From: Patescibacteria group bacterium
Lineage (GTDB): Bacteria > Patescibacteriota > Dojkabacteria > GCA-002793355
Length of the DNA stretch: 64,000 nucleotides
Assembly: GCA_016860985.1 (NCBI GenBank)
Contig: BOKM01000001.1
Location: 527,462 to 591,461 of the forward strand
Reading direction: 5' to 3'
Positions 37,426 to 47,090 of this stretch are shown piece by piece. Below the pieces are notes generated by a model, which saw only the letters and a program-made list of their open reading frames with translations, was not told the origin of the DNA and ran no database searches. How positions within the stretch are numbered: position 1 is the first letter of the stretch; the number at the start of each line of letters is the position of its first letter. Both the position numbers and the translations under genes were made by a program.

Positions 37426-37749
37426 CCATGCGATTAAGGCGGTTTCTTGTGTTTGTACGTTTTCTGTTTCTAGTGATTCTTCTGGATTTTGAGTGAAAAC
37501 GAGTAATTTTTCTCCTTTTTTGAAGTAGTTGAGACTTTCTCGGAGTTGCTTTTCGATAAAAAATGGACTGTTAATGTAATCTAGCTCGTTTTTCTTTTTA
37601 ATAACTTCTAGGTACTGAGCTTCTGTTTGCTTTTTTCGCTCCTGATATACTGAACCGACGTTGTATGATTCGATGACCGAACGTGCTGCATTGACCGAAA
37701 GAATGGCACATGCTGCAAGAAAGAGTAGGGAGAGAACCGGCTTATTCAT
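37375..37749 (-). CDS. Septum formation initiator (FtsB/DivIC-like)
   Basis: N-terminal TM, coiled coil, FIEKQLRESLNYFKKGEK resembles the IExxARxxLxxxxxGE motif. Confidence 0.65.
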   Translation of the reverse strand: MNKPVLSLLFLAACAILSVNAARSVIESYNVGSVYQERKKQTEAQYLEVIKKKNELDYINSPFFIEKQLRESLNYFKKGEKLLVFTQNPEESLETENVQTQETALIAWLHFLQNGILDPLDVSR

Positions 37750-37910
37750 ATAAAAGTATAACACTGATTTTTGTTACTGTTCCATTGAAATGGAGAAGTA
37801 TCCTTGGTATAATTATTATAAGTCTGACAGGTAACCTTCCGTAGCTGCCTTGTAAATAGCTATGGACAATGTCTAATTGTCGGAATAGATTAAATGAATG
37901 GTAGACTAGA

Positions 37911-38795
37911 ATGGCTCTTGTGGGAGAATTGATTGCGAAGTTCATAGAGTACTTAAAAGAAAAGGGCAAGTCTAACTCTACTCTTATTGCATATAAAAAG
38001 GATATCGAGCAAGTTCAGGAATTTCTCTCTGACAAAGGTGTCTCTACAATCGAGGCAGTCACAACAGAGCAATTAAAGGCCTTTTTGCAATATGTTCAAG
38101 TGGAAAAGGGGTTTAACCTTAAAACAGTTTCAAGAAAAATTAATAGTATTCGAACCTTTTTTAAATATCTTCGAGAGCAGGGGTATGTTCCATCAGAAAA
38201 AGATCCTTCACTAAAGCTTTCGCATCCAAAAATTGAGGCTAGACTTCCTCGAACACTCAATAAAATTGAGTACCGCGCACTCCGAGATGCAAGTAGAGTA
38301 GACGTTCGATTGTACACAATGGTAGAACTTTTACTTCAAACAGGGCTTAGAATTGGAGAACTTCAAAGGCTCAGTACCGATGATATTCGGGTGACTCCGT
38401 TAGGCCACAGGTATCTTCATATTCAAACTTTCGGTTCTCATGCTATGAGGAATGTTCCGTTAAACGAAACTGCATATCAATCAATTCAAGATTACCTAAG
38501 AGTACGACCTGCTTCTGCAGTTGGAATAAAAAGTATCTTTATCACAAAGAGTGGAAATCCAATTCCAATCAGAAATATGCGTTCAGCAATAAAACGAGCA
38601 TTTTCCCGCGCTGGAATTAAGAATGCCACAGTAAACGATATTCGAAACACGTTCATTGCGCATCATCTTGCAAATGGAGTTAATGTCCTTACTGTTGCAA
38701 AAATCGTTGGTCACAAACGAATCTCAACAACCGAAAAGTACCTCGATGTGGTCAAAGCTACAGAGGGAGACAAAGACAGTCTAAAAGAACTGTAG
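37911..38795 (+). CDS. Tyrosine recombinase, XerC/XerD-like
   Basis: N-terminal SAM-like domain (STLIAYKKD, RKINSIRTFF), TGLRIGEL, NDIRNTF, GHKRISTTEKY. Confidence 0.9.
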   Translation: MALVGELIAKFIEYLKEKGKSNSTLIAYKKDIEQVQEFLSDKGVSTIEAVTTEQLKAFLQYVQVEKGFNLKTVSRKINSIRTFFKYLREQGYVPSEKDPSLKLSHPKIEARLPRTLNKIEYRALRDASRVDVRLYTMVELLLQTGLRIGELQRLSTDDIRVTPLGHRYLHIQTFGSHAMRNVPLNETAYQSIQDYLRVRPASAVGIKSIFITKSGNPIPIRNMRSAIKRAFSRAGIKNATVNDIRNTFIAHHLANGVNVLTVAKIVGHKRISTTEKYLDVVKATEGDKDSLKEL

Positions 38796-38798
38796 GTA

Positions 38799-39347
38799 AT
38801 GGAGGCAAAGTATTCCTCAAAATTTTCTGGAGAAAGAGATTGGATTGATGAAACTTCTGGTGCATACGTTCGGATGGTTGGGCTCCAAGTTTCTGCGTAT
38901 CAGGACTGTGCGGTCTCTTTATCAATGTTCGCTTCGGATCGTCATGTGTGGCCGGATGTACTCGGTCGTTTTGCGCATGGAAAATTGAACTTAACGGAGG
39001 TGGGTGAACAAAATAAACGAGCGGAACGCTATCTTTCGTAGTTAAAAACTCGAATATCGTTTGATCATATTTGGGAGATGCTGTCCTACGACTCTAACGG
39101 GAGCAATATTCACTTTGCTCTCCGATTTCCGGTACTTGTAGATGAAGTTATTGGTCAGCTCGGTGGTGGAGTGCGTGTAGTTTATGATAATAGTAAGGTT
39201 AGACGTGGTACTGAAAAGATCGAGGGATTTACAACAAAACTAATGGAGTGGAGAATGAAAAGTGGAGACTTAAGCAAAAGAGAAGTTCATTATTTTCCTG
39301 CAAAAAAACAAGGTGAGCGAAACATGTGGATATACGTTGTTGAGTAG
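38799..39347 (+). pseudogene. Hypothetical gene interrupted by an in-frame TAG at 39039-39041
   Basis: ORFs 38799-39041 and 39078-39347 share a frame, and the 36 nt between them are open (LKTRISFDHIWE). Confidence 0.5.
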
Positions 39348-39390
39348 TCGGTAGAGCGTGAAGCATAAGAATGATATAATTCCACATAAC

Positions 39391-39464
39391 GGTGGCGTAG
39401 CTCAGCTGGTTAGAGCATGGGATTCATAACCCCAAGGTCAGCAGTTCGATCCTGCTCGCCACCA
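39391..39464 (+). tRNA. Elongator tRNA-Met(CAT)
   Basis: GGTGGCG/CGCCACC fully paired acceptor, anticodon loop TTCATAA; TGATATAAT upstream; lacks the C4/C5 typical of TilS-substrate Ile2. Confidence 0.88.
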
Positions 39465-39511
39465 ATTTCTCTATTCAATATTTTCCGTTAGCAATCTACC
39501 ATGTAGTCTGC

Positions 39512-39572
39512 TACAATAGACAGCTGGTGTGGTAGCGCAGTTACTGTAAAATCGAAAATGCGTACCATAACC
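39512..39572 (+). promoter_or_regulatory. ftsH promoter (-10 TACAAT) and 5' UTR hairpin
   Basis: TGC-TACAAT with the hexamer at 39512-39517; 39526-39539 GGTGTGGTAGCGCA pairs with 39559-39572 TGCGTACCATAACC. Confidence 0.5.
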
Positions 39573-39595
39573 GAACTAATTCAACCAATACAATA

Positions 39596-41518
39596 ATGGC
39601 AAAAAAGAACGAGCAAGAAAGAGCAGTAATCGTAGAAGGTGAGATTACCGCAGATACAGTTAAAAAAGGAATGTGGGTCGTCGCATTAATCGCGATTATT
39701 TTCTTTGTATATCAGATGTATTCCTCATGGCAAATGGGGGCAGAAATCTCAATGGGTGAGGCAGTAAAAATTATCCAAGAAAAGAAAGCAGAAAAAGTAG
39801 TCGAACAAGGAAATTTGATTTTAATTGAGCAAACTGACAAATCAAGAAAATTCGCTCAGGTCGGAAACAAGACAGACTTTGCAAAATTACTGCAGGATGC
39901 CGGAGTCAACATAGCAGAGGTTAACTATCGCCCTAGCACTTCAAACCTATCTGACCAGCTCTTGAATTTTGCTGGATTGGCACTTATGGGTATTATGGCT
40001 TATGGCGTGTGGAGTTTTGTTCGTGCAATTCAACGGCAAAATGCAACGGGTGGTGGGCTTTCCTCTTTTGGAAAAAGCGGAGCTAGTGTCATTATTGGTA
40101 AAAGGCCAAACGTCACCTTCAATGATGTTGCAGGAACGAAAGAAGCAAAAGAAGAGATTAAAGAAATTGTTGACTTCCTTAAGAATCCAAAGCAATTTTT
40201 CGATATGGGTGCACGAATTCCTCGAGGAGTGTTACTTGTTGGTGAACCAGGTACAGGAAAAACTCTTTTGGCTCGTGCAGTAGCAGGAGAAGCAAAGGTT
40301 CCGTTCTTTCACACTTCTGGTCCTGAATTCGAAGAGATGCTCGTTGGTGCGGGTGCTGCAAGAGTACGAGATTTATTCAAGAGAGCAAAAAATCTTGCCC
40401 CAAGTATTATCTTTATCGACGAAATTGATGCAGTTGCTCGAAGAAGAGGTATGGATTACAAATCCTCGCATTCGGAACAAACTTTAAACCAGATTTTGGT
40501 CGAGATGGATGGTTTCGAAAAGCGTGATGCAGTTATTGTTATTGCAGCTACAAATAGACCAGATGTGCTCGATCCAGCAATTTTACGTCCAGGACGATTT
40601 GATAGAAATGTCCGACTTGCTCTTCCAGACATTACCGAAAGACAAGAAATCCTCAAAGTACACGCAAAAAATAAAAAGCTCGGTGCTGATGTCGATTTAG
40701 AAAAGGTTGCCCAGTTTACTGTTGGTTTCTCTGGTGCTGACTTAGAAAATGTATTGAACGAAGCTGCGATATTAGCGGTAAGGAATAAGCGTACTGAAAT
40801 TCTTAGTGAAGATATTCACGAAGCGACGCTCAAAACCTCAATGGGGCCACGAAGAGGGAGTCTTATGATGTCGGAATCTGATTTGCGATCTACCGCTTTC
40901 CACGAAGCGGGACACGCAATTGTGGGCACTTACCTAAAAGAGGCTGCACCTGTAAAGGCCGTAACGATAGTGCCAAGAGGGATCTCACTTGGTATGACTA
41001 TGCATGACCAAGGTGACCGCTATAGCCAGTCAAAGCAGTATCTTTTGGACGAAATTGCAGTTCTTGCTGCGGGTAGAGTTGCAGAAGAATTAGTTTACGG
41101 AAAAGATAACGTCTCGACCGGTGCCTCAAACGATATTGAGCGAGCTTCTCGCTATGCAACATTAATGGTTAAGACCGTTGGTTTAAGCGATAAAATTGGG
41201 TTTGTACAGTTCGATAAAGATGAAGATTTTGATATCTTTACCTCAAAGCACAAATATAGCGAGCAAACCGCACAAGTAATGGATAAAGAAATTTCTGACA
41301 TCCTAAATACGCAGTATAACGTAGCGAAAAAGCTCCTCCAAAGAGAGAGAAAGCTCCTTGATGTTGTAGCGCAAGAGTTGCTTAAGCGAGAAACAATGAC
41401 CGGTGATTTTCTTATGACGTTGGTTGCTGAACACGGAAAGGAGAAACCACCAGTTAAAGAAAAACCACAACTCTTGAGTGTGACGGAGTGGATTAAGTCT
41501 CGCCAAACAGAAGAATAA
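39596..41518 (+). CDS. ftsH: ATP-dependent zinc metalloprotease FtsH
   Basis: Two TM helices, [15 protein letters not shown], second region of homology RPGRFD, HEAGH. Confidence 0.97.
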   Translation: MAKKNEQERAVIVEGEITADTVKKGMWVVALIAIIFFVYQMYSSWQMGAEISMGEAVKIIQEKKAEKVVEQGNLILIEQTDKSRKFAQVGNKTDFAKLLQDAGVNIAEVNYRPSTSNLSDQLLNFAGLALMGIMAYGVWSFVRAIQRQNATGGGLSSFGKSGASVIIGKRPNVTFNDVAGTKEAKEEIKEIVDFLKNPKQFFDMGARIPRGVLLVGEPGTGKTLLARAVAGEAKVPFFHTSGPEFEEMLVGAGAARVRDLFKRAKNLAPSIIFIDEIDAVARRRGMDYKSSHSEQTLNQILVEMDGFEKRDAVIVIAATNRPDVLDPAILRPGRFDRNVRLALPDITERQEILKVHAKNKKLGADVDLEKVAQFTVGFSGADLENVLNEAAILAVRNKRTEILSEDIHEATLKTSMGPRRGSLMMSESDLRSTAFHEAGHAIVGTYLKEAAPVKAVTIVPRGISLGMTMHDQGDRYSQSKQYLLDEIAVLAAGRVAEELVYGKDNVSTGASNDIERASRYATLMVKTVGLSDKIGFVQFDKDEDFDIFTSKHKYSEQTAQVMDKEISDILNTQYNVAKKLLQRERKLLDVVAQELLKRETMTGDFLMTLVAEHGKEKPPVKEKPQLLSVTEWIKSRQTEE

Positions 41519-42376
41519 ATGGCAAGCCAGCTGTCTGTTTTTGCGCAGCTGGGGGATTTTGCTCTTTCTCTGTGGCCATTACTTATTTTAATTGCAGGAT
41601 TGATTCTTTTATCCAAGGTACTGAAGCATCCATTTTTAAAAAAGGTGAGTATGGCGATTGGCGTAACTTTGGTTGTTGTATTGCTTGGCCTTAAGCTCCT
41701 CTTTCTTTTCTTGTATCCGATAAAACCAATAGAGTACAAAGTTCCGGTTTCGGAGAATCTGATGCTTAAGGTCGAATTCAGTCATGGGCGTTTGCAGATA
41801 AATACGAATCAAAATTCAGGCGAAATGGTGCTTAATTCTCTCGACACTTCACGTGGGCATGTTCTTTCAACAGAGGATTATACTGAATTTTTGGAGGGAA
41901 AAGAGTCTCGTGTAAAAGCGTATGTCTTGCGAAGACAATTGCAAGAAACGCTACTTACAAGAACAAAAAGTGAGGCAACGCTACTTATTCCGAAAGACTA
42001 CAACGGAGCTGCTACCATGGCACTCTATGAGGCGTCGGGCGAGTTCGATTTGAAGGACTCAACACTACAATCACTTACGGTCAGCCTTTTTGCCTCGAAT
42101 GTGCGTGTGTTTCTTCCAAAATCGGAGAAATTTAACTCGTTTACGTTAAAGGGAGGGAGTCAATTGGCTGCAGAAATATTTATACCTGAAGACGCAACTA
42201 TAGTGTTGCGAGATCTTCGTGGAGTATTAAATACTGCTCCGGAAGGATTCGCCAAAGAGTCTGATGGTGTGTATAGAAAGCAAGGTATATCGAGTAATTC
42301 TTTTGAGCTCATTATTGATACTGCACCCCCGCGCGCACTTGCAGTTAAGCGATATTCTCAGCATAATACTCAATGA
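41519..42376 (+). CDS. Hypothetical membrane protein with beta-rich domain (LiaF/DUF2154-like)
   Basis: LWPLLILIAG plus a second TM, then repeated beta strands; abuts ftsH. Confidence 0.55.
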   Translation: MASQLSVFAQLGDFALSLWPLLILIAGLILLSKVLKHPFLKKVSMAIGVTLVVVLLGLKLLFLFLYPIKPIEYKVPVSENLMLKVEFSHGRLQINTNQNSGEMVLNSLDTSRGHVLSTEDYTEFLEGKESRVKAYVLRRQLQETLLTRTKSEATLLIPKDYNGAATMALYEASGEFDLKDSTLQSLTVSLFASNVRVFLPKSEKFNSFTLKGGSQLAAEIFIPEDATIVLRDLRGVLNTAPEGFAKESDGVYRKQGISSNSFELIIDTAPPRALAVKRYSQHNTQ

Positions 42377-43080
42377 TGACTGCCAAAGAGAGGTTTGACT
42401 CAAACGATTTTCTTCGAATATTGTGTGTTGGCGACATTCAAACCGCGCAACCTTATTTTAAACCTTCCTGGATCGACTGGATGGCCAGAACCTTGCAAGA
42501 GGCAGGAGATTTGCAGATAGCATGGAGAAGACAGGTGACATCAAGCGCGGTAAGCCGAGCAACTCCAAAACATGTTGCCACTTATTACCGTCACTATGTT
42601 GAGCAGTACAGACCCGACATTGTCCTTGTGAGTTTTGGTGTTACGCCAATGTATCCCACCTATATCGAAAAACAATTTGCCGCAGAGCTCGACAGTCTCT
42701 TACTTCGGTTAGAAAAGCAATCAGTAACAACCGTGCTTTGGTCCCCATATCCGCTTTTGGCTGGTTTACAAAGAGAAGTATCGCTCTCGTTAAACTCCCT
42801 GTATAAGCAAAAAGCAATAGAAAGAGGTATTCAATTTATAGACCTATATCATGAATTCGATGAAGTAGAATTGTCAAAGATTTTTACCTTCAAAGTCGGG
42901 GTGAAAAATGATCTCTTTGGATTAAGTGTTGGTGATATTGATCCAATTACATTAAACGAAATTGGGCAATACATCATTGCAAAGAAGATAGTGTACGATT
43001 TGTTTAGAATTGCACTCCCGCAAAGTGATTACGGTTCATTTGTTACTCCCGCACTTGATTCTGTAAAAAAGTGGGCATAG
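42373..43080 (+). CDS. SGNH/GDSL-fold protein lacking catalytic residues
   Basis: RILCVGDI, RPDIVLVSFG, QFIDLY and DPITLNEIG blocks, without the catalytic Ser and His. Confidence 0.65.
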   Translation: MMTAKERFDSNDFLRILCVGDIQTAQPYFKPSWIDWMARTLQEAGDLQIAWRRQVTSSAVSRATPKHVATYYRHYVEQYRPDIVLVSFGVTPMYPTYIEKQFAAELDSLLLRLEKQSVTTVLWSPYPLLAGLQREVSLSLNSLYKQKAIERGIQFIDLYHEFDEVELSKIFTFKVGVKNDLFGLSVGDIDPITLNEIGQYIIAKKIVYDLFRIALPQSDYGSFVTPALDSVKKWA

Positions 43081-43114
43081 TTGTATAAAACACAGCGGTG
43101 TCCTATAATACAAT

Positions 43115-44152
43115 GTGGCGCAAACTTTTCCATTTAGTATAATCGACAAGCCGATTCAAGTAGAATATCTTGAGCATCTTTCGTCTGCAGAAGTAACCCG
43201 TTGTGTTTCGTTAAACCACGACGAGAGAATCGATATGCAACCTCAAGATCCAGCTATTGAAGACGCCTTACACTGTGGGAATATCGAACGAATTGTTCCA
43301 GTTGGAACACTGCTGCATAGTACAATTCTTACCTTTCTTTCAAGAGCCGCGAAAAAAGGAGATATTCGAGACGAGCGAGGTGAGGGAAGACGTTCAAAAA
43401 GTGTGAGAGAACTCTATGCACTCTTTGAAAGAGAAGTAAAATCGGGGAATATTCACCTTGCAGAAACGCGTACAAGGCACATGGCGTATATCGTTAATGA
43501 GATGACAACTAGTAGGCTAGTGGCTCATGATGTGGGAGAGCAATTGATGAGGTACAAGAGTGAGGGCTCGGCTAATGCGATGGTGGCAAAGGAATTTCTA
43601 GTCCATTGTTCCAAGTTTCAATATATTGGTGAAGTCCCCCTCGCAATGATGATTCATAAAATGTATGCAAGCGACGAGAGACCAGTCATGTACGATGCGG
43701 CTCGAATAAGCACCCAGGTAAGAGATGGGATTACATCGTTGTTTGATAGAAATGGAACGACGGTATCGTTGCCATCAAAGATAGAAAAATTGCAGGAACT
43801 ACAACGAAATGCGCGAGTCGGTTTCTTTGATGAAGAATTTTTACAAACAAAAGAAGTCCCAATTCATAGAGCTATTGTGTTTTCCTTCCCTTCTCTTCTC
43901 GACGGAATCATGTTTTCAATTGCAAATAGAAGGGTTAGCTTTAGACACGAACGAGAGGTTTGGGAAAGGGTTGCAGACGACGCGAGACGACAAGTAGATG
44001 CCTTACCAGATGATCCGTCAGAATACATTCTGTTAAAAGAGGTAACCCTTAGTAACCCAATTGTGGTTCACCCCCGCGAGTGGGTTCATAAAATGGGACT
44101 AGATCCAGCTTCGATGCTAGACGATATGAGAACGTATTACCGAAGTTTGTAG
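43115..44152 (+). CDS. Hypothetical protein (possible ADP-ribosyltransferase-like fold)
   Basis: 345 aa, TATAAT 5 nt before GTG; LLHST, IVFSF and SEYIL segments. Confidence 0.55.
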   Translation: MAQTFPFSIIDKPIQVEYLEHLSSAEVTRCVSLNHDERIDMQPQDPAIEDALHCGNIERIVPVGTLLHSTILTFLSRAAKKGDIRDERGEGRRSKSVRELYALFEREVKSGNIHLAETRTRHMAYIVNEMTTSRLVAHDVGEQLMRYKSEGSANAMVAKEFLVHCSKFQYIGEVPLAMMIHKMYASDERPVMYDAARISTQVRDGITSLFDRNGTTVSLPSKIEKLQELQRNARVGFFDEEFLQTKEVPIHRAIVFSFPSLLDGIMFSIANRRVSFRHEREVWERVADDARRQVDALPDDPSEYILLKEVTLSNPIVVHPREWVHKMGLDPASMLDDMRTYYRSL

Positions 44153-44202
44153 TAACTAATCGTTTCAAAATTTTTCTCTGAAAAGTGGGGTATAATTGTT
44201 AT

Positions 44203-47052
44203 ATGTTAACAAAGGGTCTATTACTAGCAGTTGATGCCAACTCACTTTTACACAGAGCTTACCACGCATATCCGCTCTCGCTCACAACTACAGACGGGCA
44301 GCCTGTAAACGCGGTATACGGGTTCACTTCCATGTTTTTAGACGCCTTACTGCAATATAAACCAGAGTATGTGTTCTGTGCTTTTGATACCAAAAAACCG
44401 ACTTTTCGACATGTATCATATACAGGGTATAAGGCGAATCGTCCGGAAACTGACTCTGAGTTGGTTGGGCAAATTCCGTATGTTTATGAAGTGTTACAGT
44501 CGCTAAATATTCCAATTTTTGATATCGAAGGGTATGAGGCAGATGATATTTTGGGGACTGTTTGCGCAAAGGTTGCAACCGAACGATTTTGGCCAATTGC
44601 TCAAACCTATGTCTTAACAGGAGATAGAGACTTGTTTCAATTAGTGAACGAAAAGGTCCAGGTAATAATGCCAAAGGGGAGCTTTAGAAACCTTGAGCAG
44701 TTTACAGAAGAAAAAGTTTTAGCTTCAATGGGGGTCGCTCCACAATATGTTCCTGACTTAAAGGGGTTGATGGGTGACTCCTCTGATAATATTCCAGGGG
44801 TAAGAGGGATTGGTCCAAAGACGGCAGTTGAATTACTCACAAATTACCATACAGTCCAAGAGATATATCAGCATCTTGAAGATATTCAGATAAAGAACAA
44901 GCGCACTGCACAGTTATTAATTGATGGGCATGAGAGTGCAATAATGAGTAAAGAGCTCGCAACTATCGCGCTCGATGCGCCTGTTACCTTTTCTCCCGAT
45001 GCTGCAGAAACAAGAACCTTTAGCCCACAAGTAGCGTCGCAAGTGTTTAGCAAACTCCAATTTAAGAGCTTGTTTCCACGATTAAATCGTTTTGTGACTC
45101 TGACAGGCAATGCGTTTGCTCAAAGTAACCCAGGGCAGTTGACTATGCAAGCACAAAACAAAGAGGAAGTTGTTGAAAAAGCAAAAGAACTTGGCGATGT
45201 ACGAAAAGCAACATATTCGACACTCTCAGTTCAGGGAAAAGATATCGGAGAGCGAATAAAGCTTTTGTTTCAACAGCGCAAAGCAGACTCGTGGAAATTA
45301 CTCATATATTGTAATGAGACGCTTTACAGTGCCGAATTTGAAATACCAAAGAATACAACCAAACAGCTAAAAACAATAACTTTCGGTCTGTTCGATTTAT
45401 TGAATGCTGCGCCAAGTGGTGAGATTACACTTAGTGCAGCCGATATGCCGTTAAATGAAATACTTGATATTGAACTTCTTTCTTACGCGCAATATACAGG
45501 CAGAGGTGACTATTCGCTTCAGCAAGATTTGTTACAAGCGGGGTTAGGGAATCTTTCAGACGAACTTGCAACAAATCAAGAAAAAGTTACCGAAATAGCT
45601 CTTTATAGAATGGCGGAGGAGTTCGCAAAAGCCTCTGCTTATGAGCCACTCCCGAGAGTTCTTGATTTATGGGATCGTTTGGTCAATGTCAGCGAGTGGG
45701 GCGGATGTCTACCTTATGCAATAACAATGAGAGAGGATATCCCAGCAGCAATTGGTGTTGCGCTTATGCACCAACGCGGAATTAGTATCGATATGGCGAT
45801 GGTTCGAAACAAGATTGAGGAATATAAGGCGATTATTGCTCGAGTCGAAAAAGATATTTACGAAAGTGTCGGGTTCGAGTTTAACATCCGCTCACCACGG
45901 CAGTTGGCAAATGTACTTTTTGGAAATCTAAGTCTACCTAATGCGAGAAAAACAAAGACCGGATACTCAACCGATGATGAAGTGTTGCAAGGTCTACTCG
46001 ATGCCCATCCCGTTATTAGTAAAATTATTGAGTTTAGGCAGGTTTCAAAATTAGTTTCAACATACATGGAGCCCTATTTGGAGCTGGCCAGAAAACAAAG
46101 TGACAGCGCAGTGGAGCCAGCTGAAACGGCATCTCAAATGAGTATGTTCGGGAACACAGAGCAGCCAAAAGTAAGTGAGTCGTTTGTAGAAGCATCCTCA
46201 AGTGGTGACAGAATACGTGTTCATTCTACCTTCTCCGTTACAAGTACCACGTCGGGGAGACTTTCGTCGGTTAATCCGAACCTTCAGAATCTTCCAGTGA
46301 AAACTGAAATTGGGAAAGTAATCAGAAGCTTTTTTGTTCCTGATGAGGGTAAAAAATTGGTGTCGATTGATTATTCTCAGATAGACTTGAGAGTACTCGC
46401 GCACATCTCCCAAGACAAAGGCTTGATTGAGGCCTTCCAACAGGGGAGAGATATTCATAGAAGTACGGCAGCAAAAATTTTTCACAAACCATTTGAAGAG
46501 GTGACAGATAGTCAGCGACGTTTTGCAAAGAGTATTAACTTCGGCCTCGTTTACGGAATGTCTCCTTTCGGACTTTCGCGGTCAATTGGAGTAGATGTTA
46601 AGGAAGCCACCTCTTTTATTGAGGAATACTTTGCCCAATTCCCAGGAGTAAAAGAGTATATGAACCAAACAATTTTATTTGCAAGAGAAAAAGGATACGT
46701 AACTTCCTTGCTTGGGAGAAGACGATATATTGCGGGTATTGCCACTAACAATAAGATGCGCGCACAAGCCTCAGAAAGAGAAGCAATAAACATGCCAATC
46801 CAAGGCGGCGCAGATGACATTATGCGGTTGGCTCTTGGTAAAATTTCTCTTTTGCCTGAGGTCCTTTCCGGCGAGATCAAACTTGTACTTCAAGTTCACG
46901 ATGAGCTGGTTTTTGAAATGAACGATTACGAATCTGCCCAAGGATATCTGCAACGAGAGATCGATAAGCTTATCGATATTATGGAAAACGTCTTGGTACT
47001 AGATGTACCACTAAAGGCAGAAGCAGAAATTGGAAATAGTTTGAGTATGTAG
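44203..47052 (+). CDS. polA: DNA polymerase I (5'-3' exonuclease, degenerate proofreading domain)
   Basis: DANSLLHRAYHA, GYEADD, GDSSDNIPGV, TSGRLSS.NPNLQN, DYSQIDLR, AKSINFGLVYG, QVHDEL. Confidence 0.97.
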   Translation: MLTKGLLLAVDANSLLHRAYHAYPLSLTTTDGQPVNAVYGFTSMFLDALLQYKPEYVFCAFDTKKPTFRHVSYTGYKANRPETDSELVGQIPYVYEVLQSLNIPIFDIEGYEADDILGTVCAKVATERFWPIAQTYVLTGDRDLFQLVNEKVQVIMPKGSFRNLEQFTEEKVLASMGVAPQYVPDLKGLMGDSSDNIPGVRGIGPKTAVELLTNYHTVQEIYQHLEDIQIKNKRTAQLLIDGHESAIMSKELATIALDAPVTFSPDAAETRTFSPQVASQVFSKLQFKSLFPRLNRFVTLTGNAFAQSNPGQLTMQAQNKEEVVEKAKELGDVRKATYSTLSVQGKDIGERIKLLFQQRKADSWKLLIYCNETLYSAEFEIPKNTTKQLKTITFGLFDLLNAAPSGEITLSAADMPLNEILDIELLSYAQYTGRGDYSLQQDLLQAGLGNLSDELATNQEKVTEIALYRMAEEFAKASAYEPLPRVLDLWDRLVNVSEWGGCLPYAITMREDIPAAIGVALMHQRGISIDMAMVRNKIEEYKAIIARVEKDIYESVGFEFNIRSPRQLANVLFGNLSLPNARKTKTGYSTDDEVLQGLLDAHPVISKIIEFRQVSKLVSTYMEPYLELARKQSDSAVEPAETASQMSMFGNTEQPKVSESFVEASSSGDRIRVHSTFSVTSTTSGRLSSVNPNLQNLPVKTEIGKVIRSFFVPDEGKKLVSIDYSQIDLRVLAHISQDKGLIEAFQQGRDIHRSTAAKIFHKPFEEVTDSQRRFAKSINFGLVYGMSPFGLSRSIGVDVKEATSFIEEYFAQFPGVKEYMNQTILFAREKGYVTSLLGRRRYIAGIATNNKMRAQASEREAINMPIQGGADDIMRLALGKISLLPEVLSGEIKLVLQVHDELVFEMNDYESAQGYLQREIDKLIDIMENVLVLDVPLKAEAEIGNSLSM

Positions 47053-47090
47053 TCCTTTTATTGGACAGAAAATTGGTCTATAATGTGTCC

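Noticed and set aside
38799-39347. Genome-wide stop-codon reassignment
   Set aside because: TAG, TGA and TAA all end conserved genes at expected positions, and long genes have no internal stops.
37911-39464. Integrative element (tyrosine recombinase near tRNA-Met)
   Set aside because: The protein is Xer-sized without an arm-binding domain, no direct repeat of the tRNA end was found, and the flanks are core genes.
39391-39464. Possible tRNA-Ile2(CAT)
   Set aside because: The acceptor stem lacks the C4-G69/C5-G68 pattern of TilS substrates; elongator Met fits better.
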